This document shows, in pieces, positions 35,803-44,545 of a stretch of DNA of 64,000 nt. The translations under genes and the position numbers were made by a program. This DNA is from a virus: IMG/VR virus record IMGVR_UViG_3300032116_015770; one strand, given 5' to 3'. Under the pieces are notes generated by a model. The model had not been told where the DNA came from and made no database searches. It worked only from the letters and a program-made list of their open reading frames with translations. Position 1 is the stretch's first letter. The number at the start of each line of letters is the position of its first letter.

Positions 35803-36293
35803 TGTATTTCGAACAGTTTCCAAAAACGTTTTATTCGTTAGATGACAATAAGAGCGTTCAGCTAGTTACCAATATTTTCTTACGTGTTATTCTTAGTGAC
35901 GAGATTAAAAATAATCTCACCTTGTATGAGCTATATGATATAAAAGAAGGGGAGACACCTGAAATTATTGCAGATCAGTTTTATGGCGATCCAAAATTAC
36001 ACTGGGTTATTTGCCACTTAAATGAGATAATTGACCCTAGATTTGACTGGCCTTTATCAACAAAAAATTTGAAAAGCTATTGTGAGACCAAATACGATAA
36101 TATTTTTGGTATTCATCATTACATTAATTCAGAAGGTTATATAGTAAATAGTACTGTTCCAGGTGCAACTTCAGTTTCTAATTTTCAATACGAAGAGCAG
36201 TTAAATGAAAAGAAGAGAAGAATACGTTTATTAAAACCTGAGTTTATTCGTAATGTAGTTAATGACTTTAAAAATATAGTGAGTAGTGTCTAA
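35802..36293 (+). CDS. gp53: Baseplate wedge protein gp53
   Basis: MYFEQFP, ETPEIIA...YGD..LHWVI, DWPL, NEKKRRI. Confidence 0.9.
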   Translation: MYFEQFPKTFYSLDDNKSVQLVTNIFLRVILSDEIKNNLTLYELYDIKEGETPEIIADQFYGDPKLHWVICHLNEIIDPRFDWPLSTKNLKSYCETKYDNIFGIHHYINSEGYIVNSTVPGATSVSNFQYEEQLNEKKRRIRLLKPEFIRNVVNDFKNIVSSV

Positions 36294-37651
36294 TGGTAGA
36301 TAGCGTTCAAAGAGCAGGTGCAGTAGATATTAGAACTTTAAAATTAATTACCACTGAAAATGTTGTAATTAATTTAAAGGAGTTTTTTGTTGAGCTTAAT
36401 ATTTACGAAGATATCTTTTCACCATGTATGAAAGGTGATATTGTTTTATCTGATAGTAGAAATATTATTGATTTAGGTAATTTAGTTGGTGAAGAATTAA
36501 TTAATATCGAATTTGTCACACCATCCTTCGAACATGTAATAAAAAAGACGTTTAGAGTATATCAAATCTCCGATCGCGCTATTGTAAGAGATAATAATAC
36601 GCAATTATTTACATTACATTTTGCATCAGTAGAATTTTTTTATGATATTAACCTACCATTATTCAGACCATTTGAGGGTGAAATAACAGATGTAGTTAAA
36701 GAAATATTTGGTCAATACATCGCTACGGGTAGAAATTATGATGCAAACCCTGATGATAAAGGTGCGAAAGAAGAAACCGAAATAATTACACCACTAGTTA
36801 TTTTAAACCCCACAACTAATAAAGTTAAATTTATTTCTCCTGGATGGACCCCTTTCAAATGCTTAACCTGGTTAGCCTCTAAATCTATACCTAAAGAAGG
36901 TAAAGCTAAAAATTATTTGTTTTTTGAATCTAATAAATCATTTTACTTTGGATCTTTAGAATATATTTTTAAAGAAACATTACAAAATAAAGAAACTATA
37001 GGTACATACTTTAAGTCAGCTGCAAACTTTAAAGAAGGTATGTTAGATTCTACTCATCTAAATCGAGAATATTTTATCGCTAAAGATGTTACTATGGTTG
37101 AAAATATCGACCATATTAAAAATTATACTAACGGGTATCTAGCTAATAGACTGTATTTTTTAGATGTAATGAATAAAACCTATGATGTAATTAATTATGA
37201 TTACGTTGAAGAATATAAGAACCAATGGCATACAGCAGGCTTTGGAGATTATGCCGTACCCATTTTCTCTAAGAATGCTTTTAGAAATTCAGCTTCACAC
37301 ATTAGTTATTACCCAAAAAATCCTAAACTGTTTGATAATTTTAAAGATAATATTAATGAAAAAATGGGTGAGATATATGGAAATAGATTGTCAAGTTTAT
37401 TGGATTTAACTAACATTAAATTGAATTTAACAATACCAGGAAGAACCGATGTAGAGGTAGGAAAGATGTTATACTTTTCTTATCCAAGTCTTGGTGGTAA
37501 AGATGATAGTAATAACGCTGATCCTTCTAAATCAGAAGATCCCAGTTACTCAGGTTACTATTTTATTACCGCAATTCGTCATAAACTTAACTTTAACGAA
37601 CATAACATGACTATGGAATGTGTTAAAGATTCATTATATACTCAGAGCTAA
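36293..37651 (+). CDS. Baseplate hub protein (gp27/late control D-like)
   Basis: ELNIYEDIF, YLFFE, IPG..D..VG, SGYY.ITAIRH; lies between gp53 and gp5. Confidence 0.7.
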   Translation: MVDSVQRAGAVDIRTLKLITTENVVINLKEFFVELNIYEDIFSPCMKGDIVLSDSRNIIDLGNLVGEELINIEFVTPSFEHVIKKTFRVYQISDRAIVRDNNTQLFTLHFASVEFFYDINLPLFRPFEGEITDVVKEIFGQYIATGRNYDANPDDKGAKEETEIITPLVILNPTTNKVKFISPGWTPFKCLTWLASKSIPKEGKAKNYLFFESNKSFYFGSLEYIFKETLQNKETIGTYFKSAANFKEGMLDSTHLNREYFIAKDVTMVENIDHIKNYTNGYLANRLYFLDVMNKTYDVINYDYVEEYKNQWHTAGFGDYAVPIFSKNAFRNSASHISYYPKNPKLFDNFKDNINEKMGEIYGNRLSSLLDLTNIKLNLTIPGRTDVEVGKMLYFSYPSLGGKDDSNNADPSKSEDPSYSGYYFITAIRHKLNFNEHNMTMECVKDSLYTQS

Positions 37652-38748
37652 TGCAAAGAATATTCAACAAAGATGGTTTTAATTGGTGGATAGGGGTTGT
37701 TGAAGATAGAAACGACCCTGAAAAAATGGGTCGTTGTAAGGTAAGAATTTTTGGTTATCATACAGAAGTTAAAGAAGTTTTAGATACTAAAGATCTACCC
37801 TGGGCAATTCCAATTCAACCTATTACATCAGCTGCTACTTCAGGTAAAGGATCCTCACCTTTAGGACCTTTACCAGGTACTTGGGTCCTTGGTTTCTTTT
37901 TAGATGGTACCGACATGCAGCAACCTGCTATGTTAGGTACGATTGCCTCTAGTACCGTGACATCAGGATTTGAAGAGACACCAGATCCTGAATATAATAC
38001 TAACCCTAATGATGGTGTTCTTAGAGATGGAACAGGTAAAGAAGTTCTTGATGAAAAAGGCGAACCGGTTAGATCAGGTACACCAGATATACCTGGGTGG
38101 AAGTTAGGACAGACATCAGAGAAGTATGAAGTAGGATCTGGCGGTCCAGGTACCATAAATGATTACAACGGTGCAGCAGCAGGAGACTTTGGAGGTGCAT
38201 CGTATGGTATCTATCAAATGTATTCTGGTTTACCTGTAAGTAGCCCTAGACTTAGCAAGCCAAGAGATGGAAGCGGGGGTACTGTTAAGTCATATGTTAG
38301 AGATCCTAACTGTAAATTTAGAGATAAGTTTGCTGGTTTAACTCCTGCAACTCCTGAATTTGATAGAGCGTGGAGAGCCTGTGCCTCTAGTAATGCAGCC
38401 GCTTTTAGAGAAGATCAACACGATTTTATAGAAAGAACTATCTATAATAAAGCAGTAAATATTTTAAAACGTCTTCAACTATGCGATGTAGATAAGTACG
38501 GCCCAGCAGTCAAAGATCTTGTATGGTCGACAGCAGTACAATGGGGCCCGGATAGAATTGATGATGCATTTAGAATTTTAGCAGATAAGAGTGTAATTAC
38601 AGAAAGAGAAATTGTTGATTTAGTCACTCAACATAAAATTAGCTTAATACCGAGAATGTTTGCAAGAAGTAGTGAAGCTACAAAAACGGGTGTACGAAAC
38701 CGTTACATTGCAGAGAAAGCTGACTTATATAAACTTATAAAATCATGA
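37651..38748 (+). CDS. gp5: gp5 N-terminal part: OB-fold plus lysozyme-like (VgrG3-type) domain
   Basis: WWIGVVEDRNDP...GRCKVRIFG.H, LPWA, GFFLDG; then SEKYE...GGASYGIYQ...VWSTAVQWGP. Confidence 0.8.
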   Translation: MQRIFNKDGFNWWIGVVEDRNDPEKMGRCKVRIFGYHTEVKEVLDTKDLPWAIPIQPITSAATSGKGSSPLGPLPGTWVLGFFLDGTDMQQPAMLGTIASSTVTSGFEETPDPEYNTNPNDGVLRDGTGKEVLDEKGEPVRSGTPDIPGWKLGQTSEKYEVGSGGPGTINDYNGAAAGDFGGASYGIYQMYSGLPVSSPRLSKPRDGSGGTVKSYVRDPNCKFRDKFAGLTPATPEFDRAWRACASSNAAAFREDQHDFIERTIYNKAVNILKRLQLCDVDKYGPAVKDLVWSTAVQWGPDRIDDAFRILADKSVITEREIVDLVTQHKISLIPRMFARSSEATKTGVRNRYIAEKADLYKLIKS

Positions 38749-41177
38749 GTAATCCTATTTTTGCTTCACAACTAAAAGGCATTTTTGAAAATCAAGTTTT
38801 TAATGCTATGAATGGTGTTGTCTCTAATATTCCAAATGAGACACTTAGAAAAATTGCTTCTAGAGTAGCTGAGACTACCGCTACACAAACCATTAGATTA
38901 GTATCTCAAAACGCCAACAAAAACATAACAGATATACCTAAAGCCTTAGTTGGACAATTTAACCCAGTTAATTTAGTAACAGGTAATCTAGGTAGCGCGG
39001 GTGTATCTAATAATTTAAATAATCTTTTAGGTACACAAGTTACTCAACAAATTAACAATTTAATTATTAATGAGCTATCTAGAGAATTAAGAACTATATT
39101 ACCACCTGGGGTTGGTGGAATAGTTAATACATCAGCTATTGTAGGTCGTATTGCAGAAATACTAGCTCCTACAGTATCTACGGGTATTACCTCCTCGCTT
39201 AAAAACTTTACCGACTCTATTTTTGGTGTAGGAGGCAAAACTCCTGCTACTGTAAATGGATTAACTACAATCTTAAGTTCAATTACTTCACCTTTCTTAG
39301 GTATTTTAGAATCTAACAAAGTCTTTTCTACAAGCATTGCTTTAAAAGGTTTAACTCAATCTAGAAATTTTAATGTAAATTCTACCGATAATAAAAACAA
39401 GTTAGCTGTTACTAAGCAAGGATTTACAGATCCAACTGCTAACTATCCAACTAAAGAGTATGCAAAAGGACCTGAGACTAATAAATTAGCTAGAGGTGAA
39501 ATTCAAGGTACTATTATACAAAAGAAAAATGACGAACGTATGATAGGTGCCCCTTTACCTAATGGTTCGACATGGGAACAACCTATATCTCCTTATAAAG
39601 GTGAATACCCTTATAATAAAGTAACTGAAACAGAAGCCGGGCATATTATCGAGGTAGATGATACCCCTGGTGCAGAAAGAATTCACGTATTTCACAAATC
39701 AGGTACGTTTGTAGAAATAGACAATACTGGCTCTTTGGTGCAGAGAATCAAAGGTTCTTCCTACACTATTGTAGATAGAAATGGAAAGATTTTTATTCAA
39801 GGTACCGCGGATGTATCTGTTAAAGGTGCTATTAACGTTTACGTAGCACAAGATGCAACAGTGGAAGTTAAAGGTAATGCTAGTATTGCAGTTTATCAAG
39901 ACATTAATGCAAGAGCCGGTGGTAATGTAAATATATCTGCACAAGATAATCTTAACTTAATATCTGCTAATGTTTACATCGAAGCACTAGAAAACTTTAA
40001 TATTAAGTCTAATGCTCTTCTAAGCATGCATGTATCTAAAGATTTGCATGTTAGATCTAATGCTAACGCATATGTTCAAGCTACTACTTATTATCAAAAT
40101 ACAACTAACAGTTACAATCAAACCATAGAGAATTCATATGAAAAACATGGTAAGTCCAGGTTTATTCAATCAGCAGAAAATATTCATGTAAAGAGTACAG
40201 GTACATATAATACTCAATCTGGTGGAGTAATGAACTTTAAATCGGGCAGTACATATAACATGCAATCAGCTGCTGCTATGAATCTCAAGGCTGGTGGTAA
40301 TATTAATGAAGATGGTGCGTTGATTTATTTAAATTCCGGTACAGCGGGCACTGCTGGGGATACTACTGACTCTAAAGATAGTAAACCAGCAAGAATTGCT
40401 GATCGTTCTCTTGCTGGTATGTTGAATACAAAAGTACTTGCTGGTAGTGCTGATGATGTGCTTGCTCCTAATGAAACTGAAGTAAAAGATCCTGTGGCTG
40501 CTAATTTAGGAGACTCCTACTCAGTCTTGTTAGATGAAGAAATTCAAACTTCCAAAGAGTATAACGCTCATAAAGATAAAATTGTATTATCAGGTATTAC
40601 TACAAATAGTGATTTTTCAAGAGCACCTGTCGTAGCTAGAAGTGAATCGGTTTCCTCGCAACAAACCAACACTGTATCTGCAAGTAATGATTTAAAGAGT
40701 TACAATGTACTACCAGGCAACTTTAATTTGTCTCCAAACTTTACAGTAGAAATGCTCTCGGATAAAACTAGCTATACTAAGAGTATAATTAAAACAACTA
40801 ATAATATTAAGTATGGTACTGTTATATTTAATTTAAGTAGTCTTGCATTAAATATATTAGAACCAATTTTATTAGTATATCCAGATTTGCAAATTGTTTC
40901 TGCATATAGAACACCTAACTTGGCACCAGCATCTTCATTACATACACAAGGTAAAGCTGTGGACATTCAGTTCCAAGGTTTATCCTATGAAGAATATTTT
41001 GATAGATCTATTCAATTAGCAAGAGTATTAAACTACGATCAATTTATTTTACATTATTGTAGCTATGCTAAATCACCCTGGATTCATATTTCATATCAAG
41101 GTTCGAATAATAGAAGACAAATATCTACATTCTGGAATAACAAAAAACACTCTTCTGGTTTAAAGGAGCTTAGATAA
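38745..41177 (+). CDS. gp5 C-terminal part: spike beta-helix plus peptidase M15-like domain
   Basis: YPYNKV.ETEAGH..E.DDTPGAERI...HKSGT, 8-residue beta-helix repeats, SAYR...SLH..G.AVD...WIHIS. Confidence 0.8.
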   Translation: MSNPIFASQLKGIFENQVFNAMNGVVSNIPNETLRKIASRVAETTATQTIRLVSQNANKNITDIPKALVGQFNPVNLVTGNLGSAGVSNNLNNLLGTQVTQQINNLIINELSRELRTILPPGVGGIVNTSAIVGRIAEILAPTVSTGITSSLKNFTDSIFGVGGKTPATVNGLTTILSSITSPFLGILESNKVFSTSIALKGLTQSRNFNVNSTDNKNKLAVTKQGFTDPTANYPTKEYAKGPETNKLARGEIQGTIIQKKNDERMIGAPLPNGSTWEQPISPYKGEYPYNKVTETEAGHIIEVDDTPGAERIHVFHKSGTFVEIDNTGSLVQRIKGSSYTIVDRNGKIFIQGTADVSVKGAINVYVAQDATVEVKGNASIAVYQDINARAGGNVNISAQDNLNLISANVYIEALENFNIKSNALLSMHVSKDLHVRSNANAYVQATTYYQNTTNSYNQTIENSYEKHGKSRFIQSAENIHVKSTGTYNTQSGGVMNFKSGSTYNMQSAAAMNLKAGGNINEDGALIYLNSGTAGTAGDTTDSKDSKPARIADRSLAGMLNTKVLAGSADDVLAPNETEVKDPVAANLGDSYSVLLDEEIQTSKEYNAHKDKIVLSGITTNSDFSRAPVVARSESVSSQQTNTVSASNDLKSYNVLPGNFNLSPNFTVEMLSDKTSYTKSIIKTTNNIKYGTVIFNLSSLALNILEPILLVYPDLQIVSAYRTPNLAPASSLHTQGKAVDIQFQGLSYEEYFDRSIQLARVLNYDQFILHYCSYAKSPWIHISYQGSNNRRQISTFWNNKKHSSGLKELR

Positions 41178-41404
41178 TGGCACATGAGTTCGTAGTAATG
41201 AGAAATGGGGTACTAGAAACTTATCACAACTATGATGACATACCGGATGATTTTCAACATGTCATTAAATTTATTCCCGAGGCACCTCCACCTCCCCATA
41301 CACACGAACAACATGAAGAGTTAGATTCTTGGTTAGGTAGACTTAACAGGCTTATGGAGATAGAAAAGAAAAATGCCGCTAAGTACTTACGGAACACAGT
41401 TTAG
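41177..41404 (+). CDS. Small conserved hypothetical protein
   Basis: SD AAGGAG; DIP..F.HVIKF.P..PPPPHT.EQHEE. Confidence 0.65.
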   Translation: MAHEFVVMRNGVLETYHNYDDIPDDFQHVIKFIPEAPPPPHTHEQHEELDSWLGRLNRLMEIEKKNAAKYLRNTV

Positions 41405-41975
41405 AACAATACCAGGTGAAACTGAGACTTTTAATTCTATATCACCTACAGGGGGTGTTGTATTTGTGGATGTAAAAGTTGACGGTATTGTAATATCTGG
41501 GCCTATAGTTACATTAACTTCTATTACACCCGGGCCAGGAGCTCCACCTGCATATTATACCTACCTATTTACATTTACAGGTAAGTATTGTACGGATATT
41601 GCAACAAACAATACTTTTATAGGTTATAATTCAGTAAACAAGACGACACATACTTACTCTTCAGCATCTGGAGGTGAATCGTTATATGCTACTTTTGAAA
41701 ACGATGTCGGTACTGTATTTGACAAATTAATTAGCTTTCAACCAGATATGTCAGATGAAAAAACAGCCATTTATACTTTTTTAGTAGATGGTGCACCTAC
41801 AACAAGATCTCAAAAAATACATCTAATTCCTACTAGGTGGTACGAGAGATTACAATTTATTTGTAATCAATTACATAGTGGTAGAAATATGGCCGATGGA
41901 TCTGGTTCTACTATAAATCCAATCGGTTATTACACATCAGACCCAGCTGGCTGGGTCATTCCTTCTAACTGTTAA
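41373..41975 (+). CDS. Hypothetical protein
   Basis: 200-aa ORF between gp5 and PAAR. Confidence 0.6.
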   Translation: MPLSTYGTQFRTIPGETETFNSISPTGGVVFVDVKVDGIVISGPIVTLTSITPGPGAPPAYYTYLFTFTGKYCTDIATNNTFIGYNSVNKTTHTYSSASGGESLYATFENDVGTVFDKLISFQPDMSDEKTAIYTFLVDGAPTTRSQKIHLIPTRWYERLQFICNQLHSGRNMADGSGSTINPIGYYTSDPAGWVIPSNC

Positions 41976-41984
41976 GGAACTAAT

Positions 41985-42278
41985 ATGCCTGCTGCAACTA
42001 GAATTGGTGATTTAGATATAACCCATTGCTCAACTCCTGCTAGAGCACAAGGAGCAACCAGAACCTATGTAAACGGTATTCCGTGGAGTTGCCAGGGGCA
42101 TATTAATACCCCACATCTTATTCCAAATGATGATCCATGTTCTATTCACGTGGCTGGAATATCGTCTGGCTCTTCTTCTGTAAAAGTAGAAAACCTAGGA
42201 GCCGGGCGAGTTGGTGATTCTATTTCAGGGTGTACCTCTGTAGCAACCGGATCTCCTAATGTTTTTGCAGGCGGTTAA
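41985..42278 (+). CDS. PAAR spike tip protein (gp5.4)
   Basis: MPAATRIGD...HC, GSSSV.V...AGRVGD..GC...GSPNVFAGG. Confidence 0.9.
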   Translation: MPAATRIGDLDITHCSTPARAQGATRTYVNGIPWSCQGHINTPHLIPNDDPCSIHVAGISSGSSSVKVENLGAGRVGDSISGCTSVATGSPNVFAGG

Positions 42279-42291
42279 CGTAAAAATTTAA

Positions 42292-42299
42292 GATAAATA
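42292..42299 (+). promoter_or_regulatory. Late promoter GATAAATA for gp25
   Basis: Intergenic; five nt before ATG 42305. Confidence 0.65.
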
Positions 42300-42304
42300 T
42301 TACT

Positions 42305-42703
42305 ATGGCCACCTTAAAAACACATAGAAGATACTCAGATATTAATCTGTTATTTTCGAGACATCCTACAACCGGGGATGTTACAAAGAAAACTGATGTC
42401 GAAGCTATCAAGGCTTCGGTGCGTAATATTATTCTGACTAAAAATTATGAAAGACCTTTTCATCCGGAAATAGGTTGCCAAGTACACAGCTTATTATTTG
42501 AAAATGTAACTCCGGTTACTATTCAAGTAATGCAAAGAACTATCGCTCAGGCTTTAGAAAAATTTGAGCCTAGAGTAACATTAGACAACGTTGTAATTGA
42601 TCCTGATATTGATAATAATGGAATTAGAGTAGATGTATATTTTACAATTAATAATACACAGGAACCTGTAGTCATAAGTACAACTCTAACAAGAATAAGA
42701 TAA
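42305..42703 (+). CDS. gp25: Baseplate wedge protein gp25
   Basis: YSDINL.F..HP.TGD, SVRNIILT...ERPF.PE.G, FEPRV. Confidence 0.92.
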   Translation: MATLKTHRRYSDINLLFSRHPTTGDVTKKTDVEAIKASVRNIILTKNYERPFHPEIGCQVHSLLFENVTPVTIQVMQRTIAQALEKFEPRVTLDNVVIDPDIDNNGIRVDVYFTINNTQEPVVISTTLTRIR

Positions 42704-44545
42704 ATGGCAAATTTACGAATTGCAGAGCTTGATTTTGATACTATCAAAACCAACCTAAAAACTTTTCTTCAAAGTCAATCTGAATTTTCAGATTACGATT
42801 TTGAAGGTTCGGGTCTATCAATATTGTTAGATGTACTAGCTTACAACACTCATTACAATGCTTATTTGGCAAATATGGTAATGAATGAAATGTTTCTTGA
42901 TTCAGCTGTCAAAAGAGCATCAGCAGTATCTATTGCAAAACATTTAGGTTATACTCCTACGTCTGTAACAGGAGCGGTCGCTAAAGTAGATATTGTAGTA
43001 ACCAACCCGGTTGGATTTCCTGTAACACTTACTCTAGAACGTTATACTCCTTTTACCTGTTTAATAGACGGCTCTCCATTCACATTCTTAAATATTGAAC
43101 CTGTATCTATCTCACCGGTTAATGGTGTTTACTTATTTTCAGATGTTAGTATAAAAGAAGGTAAATTATTAGAATACTCTTATGTCGTACAAACAGGAAA
43201 TCCATCAGAAAAATTTGTAATACCTAACTCCGATGTTGATATTTCTACGTTATATGTTACCGTTCAAAAATCTAATAATGATGCTACGTTAGAATCTTTT
43301 ATTCGAGCTACCGACATTTCAAATTATGACGGGGATTCTAATATCTTTTTTATAGAAGAAAATGCACTGGGCAATTACGAATTGTTTTTTGGTGACGGTA
43401 TTTTAGGTAAAAAGCTAGTAGCAGGTAATATTGTAACAATAAGATATCTGGTTAGCTCGGGTACAAATGGAAATGTATCTAATGTCATCGATCAATCGTT
43501 TACTGCAGCAGCTCCTATAGGTGGTTCCACTACAGTAGCTGTTACTACAGTTCAAAATTCTAATGGTGGTACAGCTAGAGAATCTATCGACTCTATTCGC
43601 TTCAATGCACCTCGAGCTAATTTAGCTAAAGATAGAGCAGTTAATAAATCCGATTATCAAACATTAATAAAAACATACTACCCAGGGATTAAATCTGTAT
43701 CAGTATGGGGTGGTGAGGAAAATGTTCCCCCAGCATATGGTAAAGTTTTTATTACTCTTGCTCCTGAACCTGGGTTTGTTATTGATACAGGTACAAAAGA
43801 AAGTATTAAAAATGATTTGCTCAAAGACAGGCAAATTCTAGTAGTCACTCCTGAGTTTATAGATCCTGAATATACATATCTTAATTTAGAAGTTGTTTTA
43901 AAATATAATAAAAATTTAACAACTTTACCAGTAACATCTATTGAAAGTCTAGCAAGAACCACTGTTAACAACTTCTTTGTAAACAATGTTCAAGCTTTTG
44001 GTAAAAATTTCTATTACTCACAGCTGTTAGAAGAATTGAATAACTGTAATCCTTCTATTGTTAGTTCTAACGCTGAAATAGCCATACAAAAAAGAATTAT
44101 ACCCATATTGAATGTTTCTAATGCATATACTGATGAAAATACTCTAAACTTTAATAATCGACTTCACCCAGGTGAAATTGAATCTACGAGATTTTTTATT
44201 AGTATAGGTGGCGATCTTATTCCAGTTAGATTGAGAGACGCCCCCGACACTATGCCTCCTAGTTATGATGGAACGGGTACCATTGTGATGTATAACCCTA
44301 TTACTATGGTAACTATTGATACTATTGGAACTGTAAATTATGCAACCGGTGAAATGAAGATTAACGGGTTTACCCCAGTAGGTTTTCCAACCGGTGTATT
44401 TGATATTAGGATAAATGCTAAGCTACAAGAAAATTCCACAGATGTTTCGGTATTAAGAAATCAAGTAATAGATCTGGATAATACTGTTGCGTTTGAAGAA
44501 GCAAATAGAGTCTCAGGTTTAACCATTCAGGTTACAGCAGTATAA
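42704..44545 (+). CDS. gp6: Baseplate wedge protein gp6
   Basis: ELDFDTIK.NLK.FL, DYDFEGS, LAYNTHYNA, FGDG..GK, WGGEEN.PP.YGKVFI. Confidence 0.93.
   Translation: MANLRIAELDFDTIKTNLKTFLQSQSEFSDYDFEGSGLSILLDVLAYNTHYNAYLANMVMNEMFLDSAVKRASAVSIAKHLGYTPTSVTGAVAKVDIVVTNPVGFPVTLTLERYTPFTCLIDGSPFTFLNIEPVSISPVNGVYLFSDVSIKEGKLLEYSYVVQTGNPSEKFVIPNSDVDISTLYVTVQKSNNDATLESFIRATDISNYDGDSNIFFIEENALGNYELFFGDGILGKKLVAGNIVTIRYLVSSGTNGNVSNVIDQSFTAAAPIGGSTTVAVTTVQNSNGGTARESIDSIRFNAPRANLAKDRAVNKSDYQTLIKTYYPGIKSVSVWGGEENVPPAYGKVFITLAPEPGFVIDTGTKESIKNDLLKDRQILVVTPEFIDPEYTYLNLEVVLKYNKNLTTLPVTSIESLARTTVNNFFVNNVQAFGKNFYYSQLLEELNNCNPSIVSSNAEIAIQKRIIPILNVSNAYTDENTLNFNNRLHPGEIESTRFFISIGGDLIPVRLRDAPDTMPPSYDGTGTIVMYNPITMVTIDTIGTVNYATGEMKINGFTPVGFPTGVFDIRINAKLQENSTDVSVLRNQVIDLDNTVAFEEANRVSGLTIQVTAV

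Noticed and set aside
36293-44545. VgrG/PAAR/gp25-like genes as a type VI secretion system or tailocin
   Set aside because: They sit in T4 gene order with gp2, gp4, gp32, gp33, gp59 and gp61; this is a phage baseplate
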